From positions 452 to 64,451 of the forward strand of contig CAZBLH010000008.1 of NCBI GenBank assembly GCA_964492775.1: 64,000 nucleotides of DNA, in the 5' to 3' direction. The notes beneath the pieces are model-generated. The model made no database searches. It worked only from the letters and a program-made list of their open reading frames with translations, and had not been told where the DNA came from. Made by a program: the position numbers and the translations under genes. Shown piece by piece: positions 46,901-56,043 of the stretch (within the stretch, counting starts at the first letter, position 1; each line of letters opens with the position of its first letter). The DNA comes from an uncultured Eubacteriales bacterium. GTDB taxonomy: Bacteria > Actinomycetota > Coriobacteriia > Anaerosomatales > PHET01.

Positions 46901-47958
46901 CCAATCACCGAGCCGTTCGCGATGAGCGGCACCGTCACCAGGGTCCGCAGGTCCATCCCGTACCGTGCGTACGTCTCGCGCACGGGCTGATGCAGTGGAA
47001 CGTCGGGGGTGACGTTCTCGACGACCTGAGGCTCGCCTGTGCGGACCGCGTGCGCGACGGGATAGGGTTCGTCCACCCCGATGCCTTCGGCGAAATCGTC
47101 CCGGAATGTGTCCGGGAACCCATACGCGCCCACAAGCGTCAGGCGCCCGCCGCGCGAGTCAAAGCTCCATGCCGTGGCAGCAGCGTTGTTGAGATGCTCC
47201 TCGATGATCACAAGCCCGCGTGCGACGATCTCGGCCACGTCGAGCGTCGAGGTCACGAGGTCGTCGATCTCGGAGAGCGCTCTGAGCTGCGCGTTGCGCC
47301 GCTCCTGGGCGACGAACAGCCTCGTCTGCTCGATGGTGACGGCCGCCTGCTCGGCGAGCGCGGTGGCGACTTCGATATCGTGCCGAGTGAACGGACGCCG
47401 AGCCTGAGCGGCCACGCCGGCAGCGCTGCCACAATCGGCGTCGTCCACGGTCATGCATCCAACCAGCAGGTCGTCGTGTACCTTCAGGGGGGCGAGCAGG
47501 ACCTGGCGGGCGCCGAACCTCTCGACATCGATGGCCGCCTCCGCCGAGCACCCCTCGGCCGCAAGATCGACGACGACCGCCTCGCGAGCCTCGATCGCCT
47601 GGCACAGCTCCGCCGAGACGGCTTCCGCGAGCCCGTTCCCGTCCCGGAACGGCGGCCCGCCGAAGACAGCGGCCGTCACGAACGTGCCTGCCTCGTCGGG
47701 AAGGTGGATGGCGACCCGGGTCCGATCAAGCCGCTCGGCGGTAATCCTCGCAAGCCTGCCGAGAACCTCCGGCATCCCGGAGGTCGCGGGGACGGTCGCA
47801 GCATCGAGCAGGGCGTGCGTCGTCGCGAGCTCGTCGCGAAGCCGTTGTGCTTCGTCGGCGGGCACGCCGGCCTCGGGATCAGGCTGCATCGTACCGGACA
47901 CCCTCGTACCCTTCTCTGCGAGGGCATTATCGCGCGGTTGCGGCGGAAACACCAGCAC
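43978..47958 (-). CDS. giant sensor phosphatase: six tandem GAF domains + C-terminal PP2C/SpoIIE-type serine phosphatase
   Basis: Six recurring inter-domain linkers (IEQTRLF, ENARLL, ENARLY, QNAELF, ENTRLY and others) are spaced about 170 aa apart. The C-terminus has GGDFIDVF..GDVSGKGIEAA..LYSDG, a PP2C motif set. The start is uncertain: GTG 47958 or ATG 47889. Confidence 0.8.
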   Translation of the reverse strand: MLVFPPQPRDNALAEKGTRVSGTMQPDPEAGVPADEAQRLRDELATTHALLDAATVPATSGMPEVLGRLARITAERLDRTRVAIHLPDEAGTFVTAAVFGGPPFRDGNGLAEAVSAELCQAIEAREAVVVDLAAEGCSAEAAIDVERFGARQVLLAPLKVHDDLLVGCMTVDDADCGSAAGVAAQARRPFTRHDIEVATALAEQAAVTIEQTRLFVAQERRNAQLRALSEIDDLVTSTLDVAEIVARGLVIIEEHLNNAAATAWSFDSRGGRLTLVGAYGFPDTFRDDFAEGIGVDEPYPVAHAVRTGEPQVVENVTPDVPLHQPVRETYARYGMDLRTLVTVPLIANGSVIGGLTLAWDRPNMVSEEDLSFVTTIANRFSSALRCGQIFDAERNARKLANRELQSTQVLLRSAILLGGKHDIQSILTAVSEVMREIVAGVRTCVSLKVGGKLTTIAMADSSGAEPIECAHLRGPAPHFLQVMEQGESAIVDYDEQPQLRLREDCDCHLALVVPLMLGEEAIGTISLDRPGERHEFGLREVELVSSIARGAAIAIENARLLQRERETTRLGEALGEIDRSVHATLDVDQMLARVVVEAADALGCDSSTLLVREDGEWVIRHVHQFPESAIGLCITDGEFPAASEAERTRASAVVDDADETTIPEIYRQHAVRSMMVTPLCEQGEIAALLLFCHHELTHVYTEREQEFARLLSASLGLGLENARLYQAEHAARVTQARRAEEMTLLRRIADIGTTTRDRSLVAERQLAVLASFLGLRAALVMVPDDASEVLQPIASFGLPSSALQNVSFDALDDATAVVRVHETGAPVYIADVASDTTLSPNARKRLLRRGVGSMAVLPLQVSRNIMGTLTLVRAEAHERKDEEESLLRSIASEVALGIQNAELFAAERKRRRRIQALHDIMEVAVSSLDVAASAQRILDHLVKRHDFEIASLWLVRGEYLELVASVGYPPDALAGVSAIPIATPNGELQKFLANESAFVPDASAALEPGREVCECIGIDGGCYVILPLVSRGRTIGRLHFGWREPQSTAPADMEFCSSIAAEVGIVIENTRLYESEREIAEALQETLVVLRAQIPGLVFSRAYESATYESGRVGGDFIDVFTVRPGLVGLSLGDVSGKGIEAAVTTSLIRTTLRVLAIDGLAPAEVASKANVIIRRLTEVDSFVTLWFGLLNTETGHLRYVAAGHPPALMLSADGQVHELQCSDPILGAFEDASYFECQMVMAPGERLFLYSDGATEARTPSGEFFGHDGLVETLRRHSDIPTAELSDAVMRVVVAFSEGVLRDDVALFAIEPTELDSAIGGASDA

Positions 47959-47995
47959 AGGAAGCGGCCGCGCTGCGAGGTGCTTCAGCTACTCA

Positions 47996-49747
47996 CTATC
48001 GATGGCGCGGCAGCGACAGAATGAATGACGAACCTGCCCCTGGCTCAGACGAGACGGTCACCTTGCCGCCGTGTCGCTCCGCCGCATGCTTGACAAGGGC
48101 AAGCCCAAGTCCCGTGCCTCCGACAACTCGATCTCGCCCTTGATCCACCCGATAGAACCGCTCGAAGATGCGTTCAAGATGTTCAGGAGCAATGCCACGC
48201 CCTGTGTCACGCACCTCGACATTCACCTCATCTGGCCCCGCGTCCACAACCAGTTGAACTGATCCCGCGTCGGTGTAGCTCAGCGCGTTCACGACGAGAT
48301 TGTCGAGCGCCACTGCAAGGTCAGTGGGGTCAGCCGCGACGAACACGTCTTCGTCGTTCACGGCAGAGAAGTCAGTCACGAGATCGAGGCCCTTGCCAAC
48401 CGCCGCGCTTCGGTGGCCGGCGATCACGTTGCGGACAGCGGTTCTCACATCAGCTATCGAATCGGGCGCGGGCAGCGCCTCGAGACGAGACAGATCGAGG
48501 AGGTCGCCTACCAGCTGATCGATGCGGTTCACCTCACCGAGAATCTGCGACGTGAACATGGCTGCCCCCGTCATGTCACCGTCTGCGGTCGCCATCTGCG
48601 CCGATTCGGCAAGCAGCTTGACGGCCGCCACCGGCGTCTTGAGCTCATGACTGGCGTTGGAGACGAACTCCCTGCGAACCTTGTCAAGCCGGCTCCGGTC
48701 CGTCACGTCGCTGATGAGTACCAGCGAACGACCGACGGGGCCAGTTGACTGGAGCCTGACGACACTGACCCGGAACACGCGGCCGAGAGGGTCAGGTGGA
48801 AGTTCGGTTTCACCCGACGACACATCAGAGACTTGAGACTCTATCGCGGCTCGCAGTGAGGCCGGCAGAGGTAGGCTTGCAAGGGTGCGTCCCGCTGTCA
48901 TCGCCGTGCGGCTGTCGGCCAGCCTGACTGCGGCGCTGTTCATGAGTGAGACCGAGTCTCCTTCGACCAAGAGCACCGCGTCGGTTATCCCGTCGAAAGC
49001 GGTCTGAAGAGTCAGCCGTTCGGCATCGAGGGCCTCGATCCTCGATCTCATCTGATCTCGCAATCCTGTCAGCGAGTCAGCCAGAACCTGGAGGTCGGAC
49101 GGCGCCTTGGGAACATGCACGGCAAGGTCGCCGGCTGCCATCTGCTTGGCGGTGTCGGCCAACTGCTGAACCGGTTGCGCTGCCGACCGGCTCGAACGCC
49201 ACGCGATCAATACCGTGAGTCCCAGCGCAAGACCGAGCATGAGTAGACCGAAACGCCTCAGAGCCGCCGCGATGCGTCGGACATCTTCGAGTGACTGCGC
49301 TACTCGAATAGCGACGCGTTGCCCGTGCAGGGAGCCGGGAACCGCGACGTAGAGCTGGTCGTACCCCTCCGTGGCGGACAACCGCTGATCGACACCGGTC
49401 TGGCCTTCCAGCGCCGAACGCACTTCAGGTCTGTCGGCATGGTTCTCCATCTTGGCGGGATCGAACTCGGAATCGGCGAGCACGCGGCCGTCGGCGGCAA
49501 TGATGGTCAGCCGAAGATCGGTTCGAGCGACAAGTTGCCGTGCGATGGTCTGGGCCGGCTGATCGGATTCCTGCACAAGCAGCACGGCGGATTGTGCGAC
49601 CGCCTTCAGATTGCGCACCTGCTGTTGTGTCACCGCATGGGTCAACGGACCATACAGCGAGTAGAGCCAAGCGCCAGCAAGCACGACCGCGACCAAGACG
49701 TAACCGACCACGATCCGCGAGAAGGTGGACTTGAACGGTGAGCCCAT
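47996..49747 (-). CDS. sensor histidine kinase (PhoR/SenX3-like; TM-HAMP-PAS-HisKA-HATPase)
   Basis: ATG at 49747, 2 nt after the regulator's stop. H-box SHELKTPVAAV and G-boxes DTGRGI, GGTGLGLALV. It neighbours pstSCAB. Confidence 0.85.
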   Translation of the reverse strand: MGSPFKSTFSRIVVGYVLVAVVLAGAWLYSLYGPLTHAVTQQQVRNLKAVAQSAVLLVQESDQPAQTIARQLVARTDLRLTIIAADGRVLADSEFDPAKMENHADRPEVRSALEGQTGVDQRLSATEGYDQLYVAVPGSLHGQRVAIRVAQSLEDVRRIAAALRRFGLLMLGLALGLTVLIAWRSSRSAAQPVQQLADTAKQMAAGDLAVHVPKAPSDLQVLADSLTGLRDQMRSRIEALDAERLTLQTAFDGITDAVLLVEGDSVSLMNSAAVRLADSRTAMTAGRTLASLPLPASLRAAIESQVSDVSSGETELPPDPLGRVFRVSVVRLQSTGPVGRSLVLISDVTDRSRLDKVRREFVSNASHELKTPVAAVKLLAESAQMATADGDMTGAAMFTSQILGEVNRIDQLVGDLLDLSRLEALPAPDSIADVRTAVRNVIAGHRSAAVGKGLDLVTDFSAVNDEDVFVAADPTDLAVALDNLVVNALSYTDAGSVQLVVDAGPDEVNVEVRDTGRGIAPEHLERIFERFYRVDQGRDRVVGGTGLGLALVKHAAERHGGKVTVSSEPGAGSSFILSLPRHR

Positions 49748-49749
49748 CG

Positions 49750-50454
49750 CTACTGAGCCTCGGTCTTCTCGATGACCTCGAATCGGTATCCCATACCGTG
49801 GACGGTGTGTATGTAGGTGTACGCGGATGGGCCTTCGACGGCCTGCCGCAGCCGACGAATGTGAACGTCGATCGTGCGCGACGACGTCATGTGCCCGTAG
49901 CCCCAGACCTCCTCGGCGAGCATTTGCCTGGTGCACAGACTGCCCTCATGCCGAGCGAGTGTCAGCAGAAGCTGGAACTCCTTCAGGCGCAGTGCGACGG
50001 CTTGTCCCGCAACGGACACCTTGTAGCTCTTCGGCTCGAGCACGAGATCGCCGACTTCGATCGTCACGTCGGCCGCGAGGGTCTCTCGCTGTCGCACTCT
50101 CCTGAGATTCGCCCGCACCCGTGCAAGCAGCTCCTCCATCGAGAAAGGCTTCGTGATGTAGTCGTCAGCGCCCGCGTCGAGGCCCTTCACCTTGTCGGCC
50201 GCTTGGTCGAGCGCGGTGACCATGATGATGGCGACTTCCTTGTCGGACTCACGCAGCCGCTCAGCCGTCTGGTAGCCGTCGAGCCCCGGCATCATGAGAT
50301 CCAGCAAGATGAGGTCCGGCGGCTGCACCTTGACCGCCGCGAGGGCCTCGTTACCGTCGGCTGCCATTGCAACATCGAACCCGGCCCGCTTCAGCGCGTA
50401 GCCCATTGTCTGGCGAATGATGGGGTCGTCTTCGACTATGAGAATGGACGACAT
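49750..50454 (-). CDS. OmpR/PhoB-family response regulator (PhoP/RegX3-like)
   Basis: The ATG at 50454 follows GGGAG. ILIVEDDP, LILLDLMMPGLDG, and a C-terminal winged helix ending TVHGMGYRF. Confidence 0.88.
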   Translation of the reverse strand: MSSILIVEDDPIIRQTMGYALKRAGFDVAMAADGNEALAAVKVQPPDLILLDLMMPGLDGYQTAERLRESDKEVAIIMVTALDQAADKVKGLDAGADDYITKPFSMEELLARVRANLRRVRQRETLAADVTIEVGDLVLEPKSYKVSVAGQAVALRLKEFQLLLTLARHEGSLCTRQMLAEEVWGYGHMTSSRTIDVHIRRLRQAVEGPSAYTYIHTVHGMGYRFEVIEKTEAQ

Positions 50455-50519
50455 CGAGAACTCCCAACCGCGTAGGGATGCGCTCATTCTAGGAGCGCTC
50501 AGCCGAGTGCGGTATCCAT

Positions 50520-50556
50520 TTCACAATCGTTTTACAAATGCCTTGCCGAGTTTACA
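50520..50556 (+). promoter_or_regulatory. putative Pho-box-like direct repeats (TTCACA-N5-TTTACA ... TTTACA) upstream of pstS
   Basis: TTCACA at 50520 and TTTACA at 50531 are spaced 11 bp apart. A third TTTACA lies at 50551 (20-bp spacing). The region is the divergent spacer between the regulator and pstS. Confidence 0.3.
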
Positions 50557-50657
50557 TCGCTGCAACCACCCGCACGTACTCCCCTGCCTAGCATGACCTC
50601 GACGACGCCGAAGGTGCGTCGCAGGCGCAACGACATCGCTCATGAAGGGGAGATGAC

Positions 50658-51524
50658 GTGAAGGCACTCAAGCTGGGAGTGATTGCGGCGCTCGCAATTG
50701 CTGCAATTGCGTTGGCAGGATGCGGTAGCTCCGACGGTACGTCGGCCGACAGCGGGACCGACAGCGTTACGGGCTCGCTCACGGTTCAGGGCTCGGACAC
50801 TATGGTGAACCTCGCCCAAGCGTGGGCCGAGGCCTATCAGACAGCAGAGCCCGGCGTAAGCATCTCCGTCACGGGCGGCGGCTCTGGAACCGGTATTGCA
50901 TCGCTGATCAATGGCACGGTCGACTTCGCAAACGCTTCTCGGGAGATGAAGTCCGAGGAGATCGAACAGGTGAAGGCAGTCGGCGTAAGTCCGGTCGAGA
51001 CCGAAGTCGCCAAGGACGGCATCGTCGTTCTCGTGAACCCGGCCAACACAGTCGATGACCTGACGGTTGAGCAGCTCGGCAGGATCTATCGGGGCGAGAT
51101 CCTCAACTGGAAGGAACTCGGCGGCGCGGACGCTGCTATCGTCCTGCTGGGGCGGGACACGTCCTCGGGAACGTACGAGTACTTCAAGGAAGAGGTCGTC
51201 GGCAAGGACTCTGAGTACGCGAAGTCCATGAAGAACCTCCAGTCGAGCCAGGCAATCGTCGACGAGGTCGGCAAGAACGCCAACGCGATCGGCTACGTCG
51301 GGATCGGTTATGAGAACGACGCGACCAAGCCCGTGAGAGTAGAGGGCGTGGCTGCATCGATCGACACCGTGCTGGATGGCACCTATCCGCTCAGCCGGGG
51401 CCTGTACATGTACAGCAGCGGCGAGCCGGAAGGCGCCAGGAAGGCCTATCTCGACTGGATCATCAGCGCCGAGGGACAGAAGGTCGTCGCCGACCAGGGC
51501 TTCGTGCCGCTGCACAAGCAGTAG
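50658..51524 (+). CDS. pstS: phosphate ABC transporter substrate-binding lipoprotein
   Basis: GTG start after GGGGAG. Lipobox IALAGCGS; GSDTMVNLAQAW..GGGSGTG is the PstS family motif. Confidence 0.9.
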   Translation: MKALKLGVIAALAIAAIALAGCGSSDGTSADSGTDSVTGSLTVQGSDTMVNLAQAWAEAYQTAEPGVSISVTGGGSGTGIASLINGTVDFANASREMKSEEIEQVKAVGVSPVETEVAKDGIVVLVNPANTVDDLTVEQLGRIYRGEILNWKELGGADAAIVLLGRDTSSGTYEYFKEEVVGKDSEYAKSMKNLQSSQAIVDEVGKNANAIGYVGIGYENDATKPVRVEGVAASIDTVLDGTYPLSRGLYMYSSGEPEGARKAYLDWIISAEGQKVVADQGFVPLHKQ

Positions 51525-51542
51525 CGGCACCACGTCGGACAC

Positions 51543-52472
51543 ATGAGACAACGACCTATCGTACATAGTGCGTCGCGACGCAGCCGCCTGGGATTGTCCC
51601 GGGCGGCTGACGCTCTCGTCAGACGTCTGATCGCCCTTTTCGGACTGGTGGCGATACTCATCCTCGCGGGCATCTTCGTGTTCCTCGCCTTAAACTCGAT
51701 CAAGGCCATCCGCGAGGTTGGTCTGGTCTCCATGCTGACTGGCGCGGATTGGTACCCGACGTCGGAACCGGCACGGTTCGGCTTCTTGCCATCCGAGGTT
51801 GGCTCGTTATGGGTGACCTTCGTAGCGTTACTGCTGTCCGTACCAGTCGGCATAGGCGCGGCAATCTACCTTTCCGAGTTCATGTCGGGGCGCCTCAAGG
51901 AGCTCGCCAAGGCCGTCGTCGAGTTCATGGCCGCCATACCCTCCGTCGTGTTAGGTCTGCTCGGAATCGCATTCGTTGTGCCGATGGTGCGCGACACTTT
52001 CGGCCTCTCGAGCGGACTCACCGCCTTCTCGGCGGGCTTGGTGGTTGGAGTGCTCTGCCTGCCCACGATCATCTCCATCAGCGAAGACGCCTTGCACGCC
52101 GTGCCTTCGTCTCTGCGCCAAGGCTCTCTCGCCCTGGGCAACACCCGCTGGCAGACCACCCGCAAGGTTGTTGTGCCGGCTGCAGGGTCTGGCATATTCG
52201 CGGCAACGATGCTCGGTCTGGGCCGGGCGATCGGCGAGACCATGGTCGTCCTGATGCTTGCAGGCAACTCCGGGCTCATCGTCCGAACGCCGTTCGAAGC
52301 GGCGCGCACCCTGACCGGCACCATCGCAGGAGAGATGGCGGAGGTTGTCCGTGGTGGACTCCACTTCTCAGTGCTCTTCGCCATGGCGCTCGTGCTGTTT
52401 GCCATCACGTTCGTCGTCAACCTTGCGGCCGACTCCGTGCTCGAGCGACAGCGCCGCCGGTGGCGCAGATGA
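51543..52472 (+). CDS. pstC: phosphate ABC transporter permease
   Basis: 309-aa polytopic protein with the EAA-like loop SLALGNTRWQT. Operon position fits pstC. Confidence 0.88.
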   Translation: MRQRPIVHSASRRSRLGLSRAADALVRRLIALFGLVAILILAGIFVFLALNSIKAIREVGLVSMLTGADWYPTSEPARFGFLPSEVGSLWVTFVALLLSVPVGIGAAIYLSEFMSGRLKELAKAVVEFMAAIPSVVLGLLGIAFVVPMVRDTFGLSSGLTAFSAGLVVGVLCLPTIISISEDALHAVPSSLRQGSLALGNTRWQTTRKVVVPAAGSGIFAATMLGLGRAIGETMVVLMLAGNSGLIVRTPFEAARTLTGTIAGEMAEVVRGGLHFSVLFAMALVLFAITFVVNLAADSVLERQRRRWRR

Positions 52473-53332
52473 CGAGCACCAGACGCATCCGTAACGCGAG
52501 GCGAGTCGAACAAGTGATGAGGCTCATCACTGGAGCGTGCCTCTTCGGAGTTGTCGGCCTGACGCTCCTTGTATTCGGTGCGATCCTGTTTCGAGGTCTC
52601 CCCTCAGTCTCAACGGAGTTCATCTTCGCCATGCCCAAGGAGAACATGACGGCTGGCGGGATATGGCCCGCTATCGTCGGTACGTTCTGGCTGACGCTGG
52701 GCACCGCAGCCTTCGCCATTCCGATCGGGGTCTCCACCGGTGTCTACCTGGCCGAGTACTCGCGGAACGGGCGCTTGACGAGGATCATCCGACTGTCGAT
52801 TGCGAATATGGCGGGTGTACCTTCCATCGTCTACGGCCTGTTCGGCCTATCGGTCTTCGTCATGGTGATGAGGTTCAACCAGTCACTTCTGGCGGGCGCC
52901 CTTACTCTGGCCTGCCTCACGCTGCCGATAATCATCACGTCGACCGAGGAGTCGCTACGGCAGGTTCCGAGCGAACTTCGGCAGGCTTCCCTGGCGCTGG
53001 GCGCCACACGACTCAGAACGATTCTTCGCGTCGTTCTGCCCGCCGCCGGCCCCGGCATAGTCACCGGCGCTGTCCTGGGTCTTTCGCGTGCCGCCGGCGA
53101 GACGGCACCGATTCTTGTGACTGCCGCTGCCTTCTCGGCGCCCCTGCCGCGAACCCCATTCGATCGTGTCATGGCGCTGCCCTACCACCTCTACATCATG
53201 GCGACCCAAGCGGTTAAGCCGGCACCCCACGTCGTCTGGGGAACCGCCCTTGTGCTCGTAGCGGGCGTGACTGTTATCGGAGTGGCGGCGACGTCCTGGC
53301 GCTCCCGGCAAAGGAGAAGGATCAGATGGTGA
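52469..53332 (+). CDS. pstA: phosphate ABC transporter permease
   Basis: The ATG at 52469 overlaps the pstC stop (ATGA). [19 protein letters not shown] loop. The track ORF from 51749 is an over-extension. Confidence 0.88.
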   Translation: MTSTRRIRNARRVEQVMRLITGACLFGVVGLTLLVFGAILFRGLPSVSTEFIFAMPKENMTAGGIWPAIVGTFWLTLGTAAFAIPIGVSTGVYLAEYSRNGRLTRIIRLSIANMAGVPSIVYGLFGLSVFVMVMRFNQSLLAGALTLACLTLPIIITSTEESLRQVPSELRQASLALGATRLRTILRVVLPAAGPGIVTGAVLGLSRAAGETAPILVTAAAFSAPLPRTPFDRVMALPYHLYIMATQAVKPAPHVVWGTALVLVAGVTVIGVAATSWRSRQRRRIRW

Positions 53333-54111
53333 GCCCCGGCACTGGTGTGTTCGACCTGCAGGACGTCTCGGTCGCTTACGGCAAAGAGACCGCCATCGCC
53401 GGAGTGTCGATGCACATTCCGAGTCGCTCGGTCACCGCGCTCATCGGCCCATCAGGCTGCGGCAAGTCCACGTTGCTGCGCTGCCTGAATCGGATGAACG
53501 ATGAGATCGGCAACGTCACTGTGGGCGGAGACATTCGTCTGGACGGCAAGGACATCAACGGTCGCGAGGTCGACGCGGTGGAGCTGCGCACGCGAGTCGG
53601 AATGGTGTTTCAGAGGGCGAACCCGTTCCCCATGTCGATCTATGACAACGTCGTCTACGGCCCCAAGACGCTGGGCGTCAGGAAGAAGTCCGACCTCGAC
53701 GACATCGTCGAGAGCGCGCTCACCGATGCGGCACTGTGGGCTGAGGTCAAAGGCTCGCTCAAGAAGCACGCCTTCGAGCTCTCCGGTGGCCAGCAGCAGA
53801 GACTGTGCATTGCGCGCGCACTCGCGACGAGCCCCGAAGTGCTCTTGATGGACGAGCCGGCATCGGCGCTGGATCCGATCTCGACGCAGCAGATCGAAGA
53901 CACGATCGCCGAACTGAAGTCCCAGATCACCATCGTCATCGTCACCCACAACATGCAGCAGGCCGCCCGAATATCGGACCAGACGGCGTTCATGCTTCGC
54001 GAGTCTGTGGATCGTCCGTCTGCGCTGATCGAAGTCTCCTACACGCATCAGATGTTCACGAATCCGACCGACAAGCGCACCGAGGCTTACATCACCGGCC
54101 GTTTTGGCTAG
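53326..54111 (+). CDS. pstB: phosphate ABC transporter ATP-binding protein
   Basis: Walker [10 protein letters not shown], signature LSGGQQQRL, Walker B LLMDEP, and the C-terminal YITGRFG typical of PstB. Confidence 0.95.
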   Translation: MVSPGTGVFDLQDVSVAYGKETAIAGVSMHIPSRSVTALIGPSGCGKSTLLRCLNRMNDEIGNVTVGGDIRLDGKDINGREVDAVELRTRVGMVFQRANPFPMSIYDNVVYGPKTLGVRKKSDLDDIVESALTDAALWAEVKGSLKKHAFELSGGQQQRLCIARALATSPEVLLMDEPASALDPISTQQIEDTIAELKSQITIVIVTHNMQQAARISDQTAFMLRESVDRPSALIEVSYTHQMFTNPTDKRTEAYITGRFG

Positions 54112-54201
54112 GTACTCCACCTTGCGACGCCCGCGTCCGCAGCGCGCTGTGCGACGCGACGATAGAGATGCCTCCGACCCACGTCGCACAAGACCCCGTT
54201 C

Positions 54202-54640
54202 TCAGCTACTGACCAACCCAAAGAACCGCTCAAAGAACTCCGTGAGCGCGGCCAACACGCGCCGCTTCTTCTCGCCATGTCCACCATCCGGCGTGAATCG
54301 CGACACCGGAGGCAGCACCTCGGTGATAGCACTGCCCGTGGTCTGCATCACACCATCACGGAAAGCCATGTCGATATCGGCGCGTGTAGCGTCCGGGTGT
54401 AGGTTCTCAGCTTCAACGATAGCGTTCAGCTCAGCATCACAGCGTTCCCTGATGAAAGCGTCCCACTCGGCGTCGACTTCGCCACTGGGAGACACGCTGT
54501 CGACAAACGCCTCGATCAGGTCCTTCTTGCTTCGGAGCGTGGGGCTAGCGTCGACTGCACGCGAGATTGAGGCGCGAAGCTCACCATCCTCGCCGTCACC
54601 ACGGGTCCTTCGCCATTTCTCGACGAGCATCAGGATCGAG
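54202..54640 (-). pseudogene. hsdR: C-terminal remnant (about 145 codons) of Type I restriction enzyme HsdR (EcoR124-type C-terminal domain)
   Basis: The translation ..SPTLRSKKDLIEAFVDSV..VDAEWDAFIRERCDAELNAIVEAENLHPDATRADIDMAFRDGVMQTTGSAITEVLPPVSRF..GEKKRRVLAALTEFFERFFG matches HsdR C-termini. No helicase or nuclease part is present upstream. Confidence 0.75.
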
Positions 54641-55129
54641 CGGCGGGACCGGGATGCTGATCTTCTCCAGGGACCTAGCGGATACATCGATGACCTTCGT
54701 GCCGGTAGCGTACTTCTTCTTCTGATTGAAGAAGTCCGGTGTCTGAAACCAATATGCGATGTACCTCGGGTCCTGCTTGTGCTTGAAGACGGTGGCGTGA
54801 CCACCGGTGACAATAGTGTCTGCACCAAGCCAGGCGACGGCCTTACCCACGTCATTCAAGTTCTCGCTGGTGTTGGTGATGATCACGTCACCCGGAGCGA
54901 CTTGGGCCAAGCGTGCGGCAGTCTCAGGGGCAACGAATGAACGGGTCACCTCAGTCCACGTGCCGTAGAAGGTGTAGATCTGGCCGTAGTGGATGGCACC
55001 GACACCCGACTCGGTGAAGTCGGACTTGGGCATACCATTGCCTCGCACCAGTTCGCCGAGCTCGCCCATCAGTCGGCGAGGAACCCCTTGAGGGCAGAGC
55101 TTTCGGAGTAGGTCGTCGATTCTGCTCAC
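54596..55129 (-). pseudogene. hsdS: truncated Type I specificity subunit HsdS (single target-recognition domain, ends just after ..ISIPVPPL)
   Basis: 177 aa versus the usual length of about 400. It has the N-terminal conserved region plus one TRD. The frame leaves HsdS-like sequence at about 54638 and stops 13 codons later. The GTG start overlaps the mrr stop (GTGA). Confidence 0.7.
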
Positions 55130-56043
55130 TCGAAGAAATCCTCGTCTACCTCGACGATGTTGATCGTCTGCTTCACCTGGACACCGACGCCGTAGCGAAT
55201 CATCAAGCCGGTGAGTCTGGTGCCGTCGATGAGGATGATGCGGGTATGTGCCTGCTCGGCATACTCAGTGGCACCCGATGAGAAGCGACCCGTGGTGATG
55301 AAGACGCCGGTGGAAGCCTTGCCGCTCAGTGCCCCCACGAACCGCTGGATGTCGGGACGACCCACAGGGTTGTCGCTCGCGTACCGCTTGGCTTGGATGT
55401 AGAGACGATCCAGACCCAGCGCGTCGCGGTCGATGATGCCGTCAATCCCGCCGTCACCGGATGCCTGGGTGACCACCGCTCGGCCGTCGGCGCCTCCGTA
55501 GCCCATGCCCACGAGCAGCTTGACCACAGCGTTCTCAAAGAACGTGGGGTCTTGCTCCTGCAGGCGGGAGAGCAGGTCGGTCGCTACATCGGCGTGGACT
55601 CGACTTATGCCCTGCGCAATCTGCTCGTGTGGATCGAGCTGATCTGCGCCCGTCGCCTCTGCACCAACTGGCTGCTTCGGCTCGTCGGTGGTCTTTTTCG
55701 TCCACCACTCATCGCCCGGGACCGCGAGTTGCCTGAAGTCGGCCTCGGTCAGACCGCCTGGATAATCCCGCAGGACTTCGCGGCCCTTGTCGGTAATCGC
55801 GTAGTGGGCCCGCTTCGGCCTGTTCAGTGCCTGGATCCGGGTCAGGTACGACACAGCCCAACCAATGCGGCTGTCAGTGAGCGGGTCACCGGTCGACGGG
55901 ATGGTGAGCGCACGCTGCTCGGGAGTGAACTCGTACGTGTCTGCCAGACCCCTGAGGATCTCGCGTCGGGTGAGTGTCGCACCGTCCTGCATGAACGCCA
56001 GCACCGGTATCGCGAACTCGTTCCAAGCAGGCAGCGTCGTCAC
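55126..56043 (-). CDS. mrr: Mrr-family Type IV restriction endonuclease (Mrr_N winged helix + Mrr catalytic domain)
   Basis: The N-terminus ..[22 protein letters not shown] and the catalytic core [17 protein letters not shown] (D..QxK) match Mrr. The GTG start overlaps the hsdM stop (GTGA). Confidence 0.85.
   Translation of the reverse strand: MTTLPAWNEFAIPVLAFMQDGATLTRREILRGLADTYEFTPEQRALTIPSTGDPLTDSRIGWAVSYLTRIQALNRPKRAHYAITDKGREVLRDYPGGLTEADFRQLAVPGDEWWTKKTTDEPKQPVGAEATGADQLDPHEQIAQGISRVHADVATDLLSRLQEQDPTFFENAVVKLLVGMGYGGADGRAVVTQASGDGGIDGIIDRDALGLDRLYIQAKRYASDNPVGRPDIQRFVGALSGKASTGVFITTGRFSSGATEYAEQAHTRIILIDGTRLTGLMIRYGVGVQVKQTINIVEVDEDFFE

Noticed and set aside
54641-54855. N-terminal 70 codons of track ORF 54202..54855
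   Set aside because: This part overlaps the hsdS remnant in another frame and translates to Ser/Arg/Pro-rich nonsense. HsdR-like sequence only begins near 54640, so the ORF is read as a pseudogene remnant, not an intact 217-aa gene.
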